Source of the DNA: Candidatus Woesearchaeota archaeon
GTDB taxonomy: Archaea; Nanobdellota; Nanobdellia; SCGC-AAA011-G17; JAFCDX01
Length of the DNA: 64,000 nucleotides
Assembly (NCBI GenBank): GCA_017609465.1
Contig: JAFCDX010000001.1
Location: forward strand, 26,459-90,458
Direction: 5' to 3'
Part shown: positions 18,276 through 27,220 of the stretch, piece after piece
Layout: the number at the start of each line of letters is the position of its first letter
Position numbering within the stretch: position 1 is the stretch's first letter
Program-made: the position numbers and the translations under genes
The notes under the pieces: model-generated
What the model was told of the DNA's origin: nothing
The model's database searches: none
What the model saw: only the letters and a program-made list of their open reading frames with translations

Positions 18276-21171
18276 AAATATTTCTAAACCATGCTAAAAA
18301 TTTTCTCCATGCACCTGAACTTACACATTCTCCATCAACACAAAGATTGCTTTGACATTCAAAATTATTTATACAATAAGAACCTTCTCCTTTTTGAGTA
18401 TACATCTCTCCACTTAAAGAACAATATCTTCTTCCTAATTTAGTACCAACATTTAAGCATTTTTTATTATAAACACATCCATTACATTCTCTTTTCATAT
18501 ATTCTATTTCTGTTATTGTTTCGGAGGTATCTCCCCCTTGGGTTATATTTGTTTTTTCTGTTGTAGTTTGAGTTATATTCTCTTCAGAAGCAGTTATATT
18601 CACTTCTTCTGTAGTTGTAATAATTACTTCTTGTAATTTTGGACATCCTTTAATATAAACATCTGCAGTTGCTGGATTTTGTAAAGAAGTTATTTTTAAA
18701 TCTCCATCATCTTTTGTATAAATTTGTGCAAAAGTACCATAGTCTGTTCTACCAACATAAGTATAAAAAGAATTGTCATTTAATTGTTCCATCCTTATAT
18801 TATCTCCTAATACTCTTGAATCTGAATTTTTAAATTCAATCTCATCATCTACAGAATCATACTTAAATTCTATTTGGAAACTTGTTAAATCAACTTCTGG
18901 AATAGTCCCTATTTGACCTTCAATAAATTGTAAATTACAATTATGATCAAATAATAATCTTTTATTATATTTACCCACATAAGTCGGTTTACTGAATCCA
19001 GATTCTTCATCATTAATATTATCAAATATAATTTTTTTATTAATGTCGTCAAAGGTTAATTTTAGATTATTATTTATATCATAAAAGGATGTTACAGCTC
19101 TATTAATATATTGTATATCACTATATACTTCTCCTGTATCAATAATCTTAAATGAAGTTTGGTTTTCATATTCATTTATTTCTGTAATTTCCACAAGATG
19201 TGAAATATCATCAAATGTCATAACAAATCTTGTTCCAGCCATATTTTTAAAAATTGTATCATTAGATCCAACTTCACCTGCATATAATTCATCTCCATTA
19301 TTTACTGCCATCAAATGTTTTCTGTCTTTACCATATGTTATTTTATCATTTTGATTCAAGAAACAAATAACTTCATTATCTAGTAAATCTCCCTCTTTAT
19401 TCTCCATTTTTAAATAAACTTTGTCTGATACTATATCTATATATATCTCTGATTTTGGTTCCTGGTTTACTTTATCAAATTTAATATAATATGAATTAAA
19501 TACTGGGTCTTTGACATAGAAACCTGGAGCTAACCACATATTGTCTCTAGGTGTATATGAAATAGTAATCATTTTTAATCCTGGACTTGTTATAGAAGGT
19601 TGTGTATTCCCCTCTTCTGTACCATAAATAAATGCTTCAGTACCATCAATCTCTTCATTGTTTACTCTTACTTTTCTTCCATCATTTATTTCTATCTTTT
19701 TAGCACCAATAGCAATTTCACATATATCATTATCAACAGTTACTGCTGAAACTACATCTGTAATTCCAATTACTGTTCCATCAGACATTGTTTTTATCTG
19801 TCCTTTATCAATTTGATAAGTTACATTATCATATTTAACAATACATTTAGTTTCTGCATCATCAACATCAAGTACAGTTATCCCTTTAAATGGATTATTC
19901 TGAACCAATGTAGCAATTATATCCCCTCCTAATAAAGTAATTCCCTGAACATCTCCATAATCTGAAGGAATATGAGCATCAATAATAGTATAAATATTTC
20001 TCAATATTTCCAATTTTGTATTTATTATGTCATCCCTATTTTTTACATCTATAGGAGAACCAGTTATTTTTAAAGTATAGTTCCATGCATAAGTATTAGA
20101 TGATAAATATAAATAATCATTTGAAGGATCTCCAAGTCTGTCTCCAGATGTGTCTCTATCAAATTTCCAAACCAATGTTTTTATATCAGAATCTGGAATG
20201 CCCCCAAAATCTATTGTCTGGCTATAATCATGTTCACCTATGTTTGTTCCTTCATCATCATTAAATGTTTGGTCTGCTAATAATTCTAATTCATTATCTG
20301 TTATTTGAGAATCTATCTCCGAAGCTTGTTCATTTAAATTCCATTCGTCCCCTGCTTTTTTAATTTGATAAACATCGTTTGATATCACCCCTCCGCAAGT
20401 TGGTTCTTTAGGAGGAACTTCTAGTTTTATTAATTCTTTTATACAAGCACCATCTTTACAACCAATTGGACATTTATAATTATGATCGAATCTCAAAGTA
20501 TTATTACTACAATAAAATTCTGCTATACTTGGTCCTTTTTCTTGAGGAACCTCATTATAAATACCATCATAACAAAAATCTTCTTTTTCTAAATATGTGC
20601 CTTCATAATTTTTTCCTTTAGTAACTCCTTTTTTATAATAATCTAACCCTCCATCAGAATCAACACATTCTATAAGTTCTTCACAATCTTCTGGACAACT
20701 TTTTGCACTTTCTGGACATGTACTTCCAACCATTGCAGTTGTAGTTCTTTGACAAACACCATCCCCACATTTGTCTTCACATGTAGAACCTGGATTAAGA
20801 ACTATTTGTGGACCTTCTTTACAAGCTCCATTCTCACAACCAAATTCACATATAATTTCTTCACCAGCACCTTGCCTTCCATCACAATAATATTCCAAAA
20901 CACTACCTTCAGAAGTACAAATATCCTCTTTAGTTACTTTTTGATATCTTGAAAAACTAAAATAACTAGATCTTTCATAATATGTAATTGTTCCAAATAT
21001 TTCGGGATTTTTTCCGCCATCAAAATCTCTACATAAATAACTACCAAAATAACTTGTTCTATCAGAATCATAAGCAATTTGTTTTCCAGTAAATATATCT
21101 AAAAAACCAGCATTAACAATAGAAATCATAAATAAAGATAGAATAAATATTATTAACACCTTCTTTTTCAT
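18268..21171 (-). CDS. Large surface protein: two CxDxDGG Cys modules, S-layer-like core, Cys-rich C-terminus
   Basis: Signal peptide; CRDFDGG...CENGAC and CVDSDGG...CKDGAC; acidic beta-rich core; Thr-rich linker. Confidence 0.75.
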   Translation of the reverse strand: MKKKVLIIFILSLFMISIVNAGFLDIFTGKQIAYDSDRTSYFGSYLCRDFDGGKNPEIFGTITYYERSSYFSFSRYQKVTKEDICTSEGSVLEYYCDGRQGAGEEIICEFGCENGACKEGPQIVLNPGSTCEDKCGDGVCQRTTTAMVGSTCPESAKSCPEDCEELIECVDSDGGLDYYKKGVTKGKNYEGTYLEKEDFCYDGIYNEVPQEKGPSIAEFYCSNNTLRFDHNYKCPIGCKDGACIKELIKLEVPPKEPTCGGVISNDVYQIKKAGDEWNLNEQASEIDSQITDNELELLADQTFNDDEGTNIGEHDYSQTIDFGGIPDSDIKTLVWKFDRDTSGDRLGDPSNDYLYLSSNTYAWNYTLKITGSPIDVKNRDDIINTKLEILRNIYTIIDAHIPSDYGDVQGITLLGGDIIATLVQNNPFKGITVLDVDDAETKCIVKYDNVTYQIDKGQIKTMSDGTVIGITDVVSAVTVDNDICEIAIGAKKIEINDGRKVRVNNEEIDGTEAFIYGTEEGNTQPSITSPGLKMITISYTPRDNMWLAPGFYVKDPVFNSYYIKFDKVNQEPKSEIYIDIVSDKVYLKMENKEGDLLDNEVICFLNQNDKITYGKDRKHLMAVNNGDELYAGEVGSNDTIFKNMAGTRFVMTFDDISHLVEITEINEYENQTSFKIIDTGEVYSDIQYINRAVTSFYDINNNLKLTFDDINKKIIFDNINDEESGFSKPTYVGKYNKRLLFDHNCNLQFIEGQIGTIPEVDLTSFQIEFKYDSVDDEIEFKNSDSRVLGDNIRMEQLNDNSFYTYVGRTDYGTFAQIYTKDDGDLKITSLQNPATADVYIKGCPKLQEVIITTTEEVNITASEENITQTTTEKTNITQGGDTSETITEIEYMKRECNGCVYNKKCLNVGTKLGRRYCSLSGEMYTQKGEGSYCINNFECQSNLCVDGECVSSGAWRKFLAWFRNIFG

Positions 21172-21206
21172 ATAATTTTTAAGGAATCTTTTATATTTAA
21201 ATATTA

Positions 21207-22022
21207 CTAAAATTTATAATTTACATTAAAACCTAATTTTTTTCCATCAAATATTAAATCAAAATCCAAATCTTTTTCTTTATTGAAATCAACTTCTTTC
21301 CCTAAGGCTCTTTGAAAATGATTTTTAATCTCTTTCCTGTCTAAATATAAATCAAATAATTCAGCACCAATTAGTATTCCATAGACAGTATCTTTAGAAA
21401 TATCATATTCTTCTGATATATTATTAACAAAATCTTCATAATCTAAATACTCATTATTTCCATTAAAAAAATGATTTCTTGCACCAATTGCTATCTGATA
21501 AGGCATATCAAATCTTGATAATAAAGCATAAGTTGATGTGAAAGGTTCTAATTTTTTTGGAATTTTATTTTGTTTCATTAAATAATTAAGAACTTCATAA
21601 TTTGTTCTTGTAGCTATTGAACTTCCAACATTCAAAAGAGCATCTTGATCATTTGATAATTTAACATCATCTTTATAACTAAAACTAGCAACTTTTTCAT
21701 TTGTTATTGTTGTATCTAATTTAATATTATCTAAACCATAGGCTTCTGCTATTGCCATATGACCCAATTCATGGATATAAGTTGTCATAAAATATCCCAA
21801 AGCAGAATTTAAGGCAATTTCAGGCAAACTTATCTCTGGACCATATTCTTTTTTTAAACTATTAAATCTATTTTCTAAACTAATATTTTGAACTTTTTCT
21901 GTTTTATGTTGATTTATATAATTAGAAATATCTGTTTTTGCTAAAGATGGACTTGCTAATGTAATTCCAGCTAAAGCTGTTGCTACACCTTTTTTTATCC
22001 TTCTTTTTAAGTTCTTTTTCAT
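21207..22022 (-). CDS. Secreted protein with HExxH zinc-metalloprotease motif
   Basis: Basic N-terminus and signal peptide; IHELGH; C-terminal GFNVNYKF. Confidence 0.6.
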   Translation of the reverse strand: MKKNLKRRIKKGVATALAGITLASPSLAKTDISNYINQHKTEKVQNISLENRFNSLKKEYGPEISLPEIALNSALGYFMTTYIHELGHMAIAEAYGLDNIKLDTTITNEKVASFSYKDDVKLSNDQDALLNVGSSIATRTNYEVLNYLMKQNKIPKKLEPFTSTYALLSRFDMPYQIAIGARNHFFNGNNEYLDYEDFVNNISEEYDISKDTVYGILIGAELFDLYLDRKEIKNHFQRALGKEVDFNKEKDLDFDLIFDGKKLGFNVNYKF

Positions 22023-22066
22023 ATAGAATAAGTAAATTAACTCTTTATAAACCTTTCTATTTGTAA

Positions 22067-24448
22067 TTACGTATTGGTAGTTACAATATTAGTATTTAAA
22101 ATCACTTTAAATTCATTACCAAACCTAATTTCAGAAGCATTTGTAACTGCTTTCAAATCATCCAAAAATATACTCAATTTTTTATCAACAGTCAATTTAA
22201 CAGGCTCTTTAAGAGATTTATTATTCTCATTCTTGAATTTTCTTACCTTGGATATAACATCTATGAACTCATCTCCTAATTTTTCCAATTTATTTTTTGT
22301 TATTTTCATTTCTTTTGGCCATTCACTTATATGTATGCTTTTTTCTTTTTCTTTTTTGTCAAAATACAAATGATAGATTTCTTCTGTTATATGGGGCATT
22401 ATTGGTGCAAATAATTTTAATATTGTCAACAAAGAATGATACAAAGTATATTGTGCGCTTTTTCTTTTTTCTTTTCCTCTTTTGTCAGGATTATATAATC
22501 TATCCTTAACTATTTCTAAATAATTATCACAGAATGTATGCCAGAAAAATTCTTCACTTAATTTTCTTGCCATAGAAATATTATATTTAATATAATTTTC
22601 CTTTATGTTTTTAACAGTTTTTTCTAATTTCAATAAAGTATATTCATCAATAGGTTCTAATTTTGGTTTCTTTCTATCAAAATCTTCAAGATTCATGATA
22701 ACAAATTTTGAAGCATTCCACATTTTTGTCAGTAATTTCTGTCCTGCAATCAATTCTTTTTCATTAAATGGCAAATCACTTCCAAGATTAGCCCCTCCAA
22801 CCCAATATCTAAAAACATCAACACCATATTTATCAATCAAATCATCAGCACATATTGCATTTCCTTTGCTTTTGCTCATCCCATGCCCTTTTGAATCTAA
22901 TACAAAAGTATTTATTATGAGGTCTTTCCAAGGAATTCTTTTAAACAATAAATGACTTTTTAATATAGTATAAAATGCCCATGTTCTTATTATATCATGA
23001 GATTGAGGTCTTAAACTCATGGGTGCTAGTTTTTTGTATTGTTCTGGTTTTTCAAGCCATCTTAATGCAATTTCAGGGCTGTTTGAAGAAGTCATCCAGG
23101 TATCAAAAACATCTTCATCAGGAACTCCTTTTCCGCCACATTTGCATTTTTTCTTAACTTGTATCGGATCAATAGGCAATTCATTTTCCTCTGGAAGAAT
23201 TACTTCATGACATTTGTCACAATACCACACAGGAATTGGTATTCCAAAATATCTCTGCCTTGATATTGTCCAGTCCCATCCCAGGTTCTTAACCCAATCC
23301 TCATAACGAACCCTCATAAATTTAGGGTGCCAATCAACTTCTTTTCCTCTTTTTAATAATTCTTTCTTGTATTTTAATGTTTTAATAAGCCATTGGTCTG
23401 TAACAATATATTCAACAGGAGTATTACATCTCCAACAGCTTCCAACTGTTTGCTGCAATTCCTCTTGTTTTTCTAGTAATTCTTTTTCTTCTAAATCTTT
23501 TAGAATTTCCTCTCTTGCCTTTTCCAATTTCATTCCCTTGTATTTCCCGCCAAGTTCATTTAATTTTCCTTCTCTGTCAACAGATATTCTCAAGTCAAGA
23601 TTATATTTTTTCCATTTTTCAATATCAGCATTATCTCCAAATGTGCAAACCATCATAATACCTGTTCCAAACTCAGGATCAACAGTCTCATCCGCCATTA
23701 CTTTTACTTTATGATTAAATAAAGGGACTTCAATTTCCTTTCCAATTAATTTCTTGTATCTTTTATCTTCAGGGTGAACAAATATTCCTACACAACTAGA
23801 TAAGAATTCAGGTCTTGTTGTAGCAATTAATAAATCATTTCCGAATTTAATATAATTTAATTTTGTTGTTCTTGTTAAGTTTTCAACTTCTGCCTGTGCT
23901 AGTGCAGTTTCATGATACGGGCACCATATTGTAGGCTCTTTTGCTTTGTAACAATCTCCTTTTTTTACTAATTTTAAAAATGCTGTTTGTGCAACTCTTT
24001 GTGATTCAGGACTTATTGTCTGATATAATAAATCCCAATCATAACTATGTCCTAATTTCTTGAAAACATTTTCAGTATAAACTTTCTCAACTTTTTTTGA
24101 TTCTTCAAGACATAATTTTCTGAATTCTGCCCTGTTTGTTTTTGCCTTGTTTATTCCAAGTTTTTCTTCTACATATTTTTCTGTTGGCAATCCATTATCA
24201 TCATAACCAGGAGGAAAATAAACATTATAACCTAATAATCTCATTATTCTTGCTATTATTTCAAATTGGGTGTATGACAATGCATGTCCAACATGTAAAT
24301 GTCCTGCAGAAGCATAAGGTGGTGGAGTATCAATAGAATAAACGGGTTTTTTTGATTTTGGATTAAATTTGTATGTTTTGTTTTTATCCCAAAATTTCTG
24401 CCATTTCTTTTCTGATTCCTTGAAATCATATTGCTTTGGTAATTGCAT
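22067..24448 (-). CDS. valS: Valine--tRNA ligase (archaeal type)
   Basis: IDTPPP, HVGH, DWTISRQR, DTW, MSKSKGN. Confidence 0.97.
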   Translation of the reverse strand: MQLPKQYDFKESEKKWQKFWDKNKTYKFNPKSKKPVYSIDTPPPYASAGHLHVGHALSYTQFEIIARIMRLLGYNVYFPPGYDDNGLPTEKYVEEKLGINKAKTNRAEFRKLCLEESKKVEKVYTENVFKKLGHSYDWDLLYQTISPESQRVAQTAFLKLVKKGDCYKAKEPTIWCPYHETALAQAEVENLTRTTKLNYIKFGNDLLIATTRPEFLSSCVGIFVHPEDKRYKKLIGKEIEVPLFNHKVKVMADETVDPEFGTGIMMVCTFGDNADIEKWKKYNLDLRISVDREGKLNELGGKYKGMKLEKAREEILKDLEEKELLEKQEELQQTVGSCWRCNTPVEYIVTDQWLIKTLKYKKELLKRGKEVDWHPKFMRVRYEDWVKNLGWDWTISRQRYFGIPIPVWYCDKCHEVILPEENELPIDPIQVKKKCKCGGKGVPDEDVFDTWMTSSNSPEIALRWLEKPEQYKKLAPMSLRPQSHDIIRTWAFYTILKSHLLFKRIPWKDLIINTFVLDSKGHGMSKSKGNAICADDLIDKYGVDVFRYWVGGANLGSDLPFNEKELIAGQKLLTKMWNASKFVIMNLEDFDRKKPKLEPIDEYTLLKLEKTVKNIKENYIKYNISMARKLSEEFFWHTFCDNYLEIVKDRLYNPDKRGKEKRKSAQYTLYHSLLTILKLFAPIMPHITEEIYHLYFDKKEKEKSIHISEWPKEMKITKNKLEKLGDEFIDVISKVRKFKNENNKSLKEPVKLTVDKKLSIFLDDLKAVTNASEIRFGNEFKVILNTNIVTTNT

Positions 24449-24504
24449 ATTTTATATTTTTAATTAGAAATATTTAAATATAGTGGTTTTAATCATGAGA
24501 ATAT

Positions 24505-24634
24505 GGGACAGTAGCTCAACCTGGGAGAGCACCAGTTATATAAGGTGAAACTGAAGTCTCAGGCAGTTATCTGGGTGAAAAATATAACAAAGGTATATTT
24601 TCCCGAATTGTGGGTTCAAATCCCACCTGTCCCA
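24505..24634 (+). tRNA. tRNA-Phe(GAA) with three introns (24536-24549, 24557-24568, 24578-24607)
   Basis: Acceptor GGGACAG/CTGTCCC+A; D stem GCTC/GAGC; T arm GTGGG-TTCAAAT-CCCAC; after intron removal anticodon arm CCAGA-CTGAAGA-TCTGG; 74-nt mature body. Confidence 0.9.
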
Positions 24635-24675
24635 CTTTCAAAAAATATTTAAATAACAAAAAGAAGTGATATTTA

Positions 24676-25173
24676 ATGAAAAACAAAAAAGGGGCAATGG
24701 AACTTTCTATGACCACAATTATTATAATAATTCTTGGAGTTACTCTACTAACCTTGGGGATTATGTGGATTAAAGGACTTGGAACCCAATTAATAGATAC
24801 AACAGACAGTGCATTTGGAATAAGCCAAGATGAAATTTCTAGATTAGGATTAAGAGATCAAAAAGTTTATGTTCCCCAGGTTAACAAAGAAATAAGCATA
24901 GGTGAAAATGAAAAATTCACTGTTTATGTACAAAATTTCTTAGGTGTCAGCGAAACATTTAGCATAAATATACAAGGAAATGCAAAGGATTGGTTTCAGA
25001 CAGTTCAACCAACAGAAGTGCCATCAGGAGAGACTTTTGGATTTCCGGTTGTTGTAAATGTTCCATCAACAGGCTCGGCAGCAGGTTCAATAGAAATAGT
25101 AACTATAAGAGTTCTGAAAAGCAATGGGGAGCTGTATGGGCAAGAAGCAATAACTATAGAAGTTACTGAATAA
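24676..25173 (+). CDS. Pilin-like protein with class III signal peptide
   Basis: MKNKKG|AMELSMTTIIIIILG then beta-rich domain. Confidence 0.75.
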   Translation: MKNKKGAMELSMTTIIIIILGVTLLTLGIMWIKGLGTQLIDTTDSAFGISQDEISRLGLRDQKVYVPQVNKEISIGENEKFTVYVQNFLGVSETFSINIQGNAKDWFQTVQPTEVPSGETFGFPVVVNVPSTGSAAGSIEIVTIRVLKSNGELYGQEAITIEVTE

Positions 25174-25203
25174 ATTTATATAGTTCTTTTAATTTTTATT
25201 TAG

Positions 25204-26556
25204 ATGTTAAAAATATACAACACTCTAACACAAAAAGTAGAAACTTTCAAACCAATAAAAGATAAAGAAGTAAAAATTTACGTATGTGGCCCTACAATTT
25301 ATGATTATGGTCATTTAGGACATGCAAGAAGTGCTGTTGTTTTTGATATTTTTAGAAGATATTTATTATATAAAAAATACAAAGTAAAATTTGTCTTTAA
25401 TTATACTGATATAGATGATAAGATAATAAAAAAAGCAAACAAAGAAAATATTTCTTATAAAGAACTTAACAAAAAATTTGAAAAAATATATGATAAAGAC
25501 TATGAAAAATTAGGGATTCTAAAACCAACAATTAAGCCAAAACCAACACAAGAAATAGGTGCAATAATAGATTTCATTAAAAAAATAGAAAAAAATGGAT
25601 ATGCATACAAATTAGATGATGGAATTTACTTTGACATTTCCAAATTCAAGAGATATGGTGAATTATCCAAACAAAATATAAAAGATTTAAGAGCTGGTGC
25701 AAGAGTAAAAAAAGAAGACAAGAAAAAGAATCCAGAAGATTTTGTCTTATGGAAATTCAAGAAAGAAAACGAGCCATACTGGAAAAGCCCATGGGGAAAC
25801 GGAAGACCAGGATGGCATATAGAATGTTCTGCCATGTCTACAAAATATCTCGGAAATGAATTTGATGTTCATGGAGGAGGACAAGATTTGAAATTCCCAC
25901 ATCACGAGGATGAATTAGCACAAAACAGAGCAGCAATAGGAAAGCGAGTTGTAAAATACTGGATGCATAATGGTTTTGTAAATATAGATAATGAAAAAAT
26001 GTCAAAATCACTTGGAAATTACATTACATTAACTGATTTTCTCAATAAAAATGATCCAAAAGTTGTAAGATTCGCATTACTTAGCACACATTACAGAATG
26101 CCTATTAATTTTACAGATAAAGTTATGGAAAAATCAAAAAATTCTCTTGAAAGAATAAACAATTTCATAATAAAAATAAGGAAGGTTAATGGAAAAGACA
26201 AGATAAATACGAAAGAATTTGAGAAAGAATTTGAGAAAGCGATGAATGATGACTTAAATATATCAAAAGCATTGTCTATAATATATGAATTAATAAAGGA
26301 AGGAAATAATAAAGATTTATCAAAAGCATCTTCAAGGGAAGTCATTAATTTATTAAAAAGATTTGATTCTGTTCTTAATGTCATGAATTTCAAGAAAGAA
26401 AAGATTTCTAAAGAAATAAAGGATTTAATAAATAAGAGAGAGGAATACAGAAAGAAAAAAGATTTCAAAAAGGCAGATGAAATCAGAAAAAAACTAAAAG
26501 ACAAGGGAATAATTCTTGAAGACACTAAAGATGGAGTTATTTGGAAAAAGATATAA
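25204..26556 (+). CDS. cysS: Cysteine--tRNA ligase
   Basis: YVCGPT, HLGH, GRPGWHIECSAM, FPHHE, KMSKS. Confidence 0.98.
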   Translation: MLKIYNTLTQKVETFKPIKDKEVKIYVCGPTIYDYGHLGHARSAVVFDIFRRYLLYKKYKVKFVFNYTDIDDKIIKKANKENISYKELNKKFEKIYDKDYEKLGILKPTIKPKPTQEIGAIIDFIKKIEKNGYAYKLDDGIYFDISKFKRYGELSKQNIKDLRAGARVKKEDKKKNPEDFVLWKFKKENEPYWKSPWGNGRPGWHIECSAMSTKYLGNEFDVHGGGQDLKFPHHEDELAQNRAAIGKRVVKYWMHNGFVNIDNEKMSKSLGNYITLTDFLNKNDPKVVRFALLSTHYRMPINFTDKVMEKSKNSLERINNFIIKIRKVNGKDKINTKEFEKEFEKAMNDDLNISKALSIIYELIKEGNNKDLSKASSREVINLLKRFDSVLNVMNFKKEKISKEIKDLINKREEYRKKKDFKKADEIRKKLKDKGIILEDTKDGVIWKKI

Positions 26557-26578
26557 ATAATTAAATATTCCAATTCTT

Positions 26579-26968
26579 ATGGATAATTTTTTCATTTCAT
26601 TAAAACAATACATAATAGAGTTAAGAGAAATTTATAATATATTAAAGAAAAATAAAGATAATAATGATATTTTTGAAAATACTTTAAAGAAATTTGGAAA
26701 TAAAATAATAAACTTCAACAAAAATATAAATAATATTGAGAATAATCTTAAAAGAATAAAGACTTCTTTTCCCAAAATACATTTAAAAAAGATGATTGAA
26801 TTCACAAAATCCTTGCCTGTAGAACATGAAAGATTAACTGAGGCATTTGAAAAAGGAGATACTAAAAAAATAATGGAAACATTAATAGCTATTGATACAA
26901 CATTAGGTTCCTTGGAATATTCTCTAAAAACAATAAAGATTTCAGAACAAATGAGAAAGGCTGCTTAA
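26579..26968 (+). CDS. Hypothetical helical protein
   Basis: 129-aa ORF filling the gap, no recognised motif. Confidence 0.55.
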   Translation: MDNFFISLKQYIIELREIYNILKKNKDNNDIFENTLKKFGNKIINFNKNINNIENNLKRIKTSFPKIHLKKMIEFTKSLPVEHERLTEAFEKGDTKKIMETLIAIDTTLGSLEYSLKTIKISEQMRKAA

Positions 26969-26990
26969 AAAATAAAAAAGAAAAAGAAAT

Positions 26991-27158
26991 TTATAAATCC
27001 TTTCTCTGGATTGTACTTCTTTTGTTTGCTTTAGCTCTTTCTGCTGCTTTTTTTAGTATTTCTTTTACCGCCTCATCAAGCCCTTCTGCCAAATCACCAG
27101 CAACATTCATGCCTTCTGCAAACTGTTTTAGTTTTGATCTTACTATTAAATCTACCAT
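26991..27158 (-). CDS. Small histone-fold protein (DUF1931/face-to-face-like), 55 aa
   Basis: Not in ORF track. MVDLIVRSKLKQFAEGMNVAGDLAEGLDEAVKEILKKAAERAKANKRSTIQRKDL; RxTxxxxD signature; GGAGTG SD; T-rich tract downstream. Confidence 0.9.
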   Translation of the reverse strand: MVDLIVRSKLKQFAEGMNVAGDLAEGLDEAVKEILKKAAERAKANKRSTIQRKDL

Positions 27159-27220
27159 TTTATCACTCCCTAAAAACTTAAAATTTTATAGAATTAAGGC
27201 TTCTTACTGATTTATAAAGA

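Noticed and set aside
24536..24545. Reading the tRNA with an ATA/TAT anticodon directly after CCAG
   Set aside because: Gives no proper anticodon stem; the three-intron Phe model restores CCAGA/TCTGG and BHB-like junctions
27022..27210. 62-aa plus-strand ORF
   Set aside because: Antisense to the histone-fold gene
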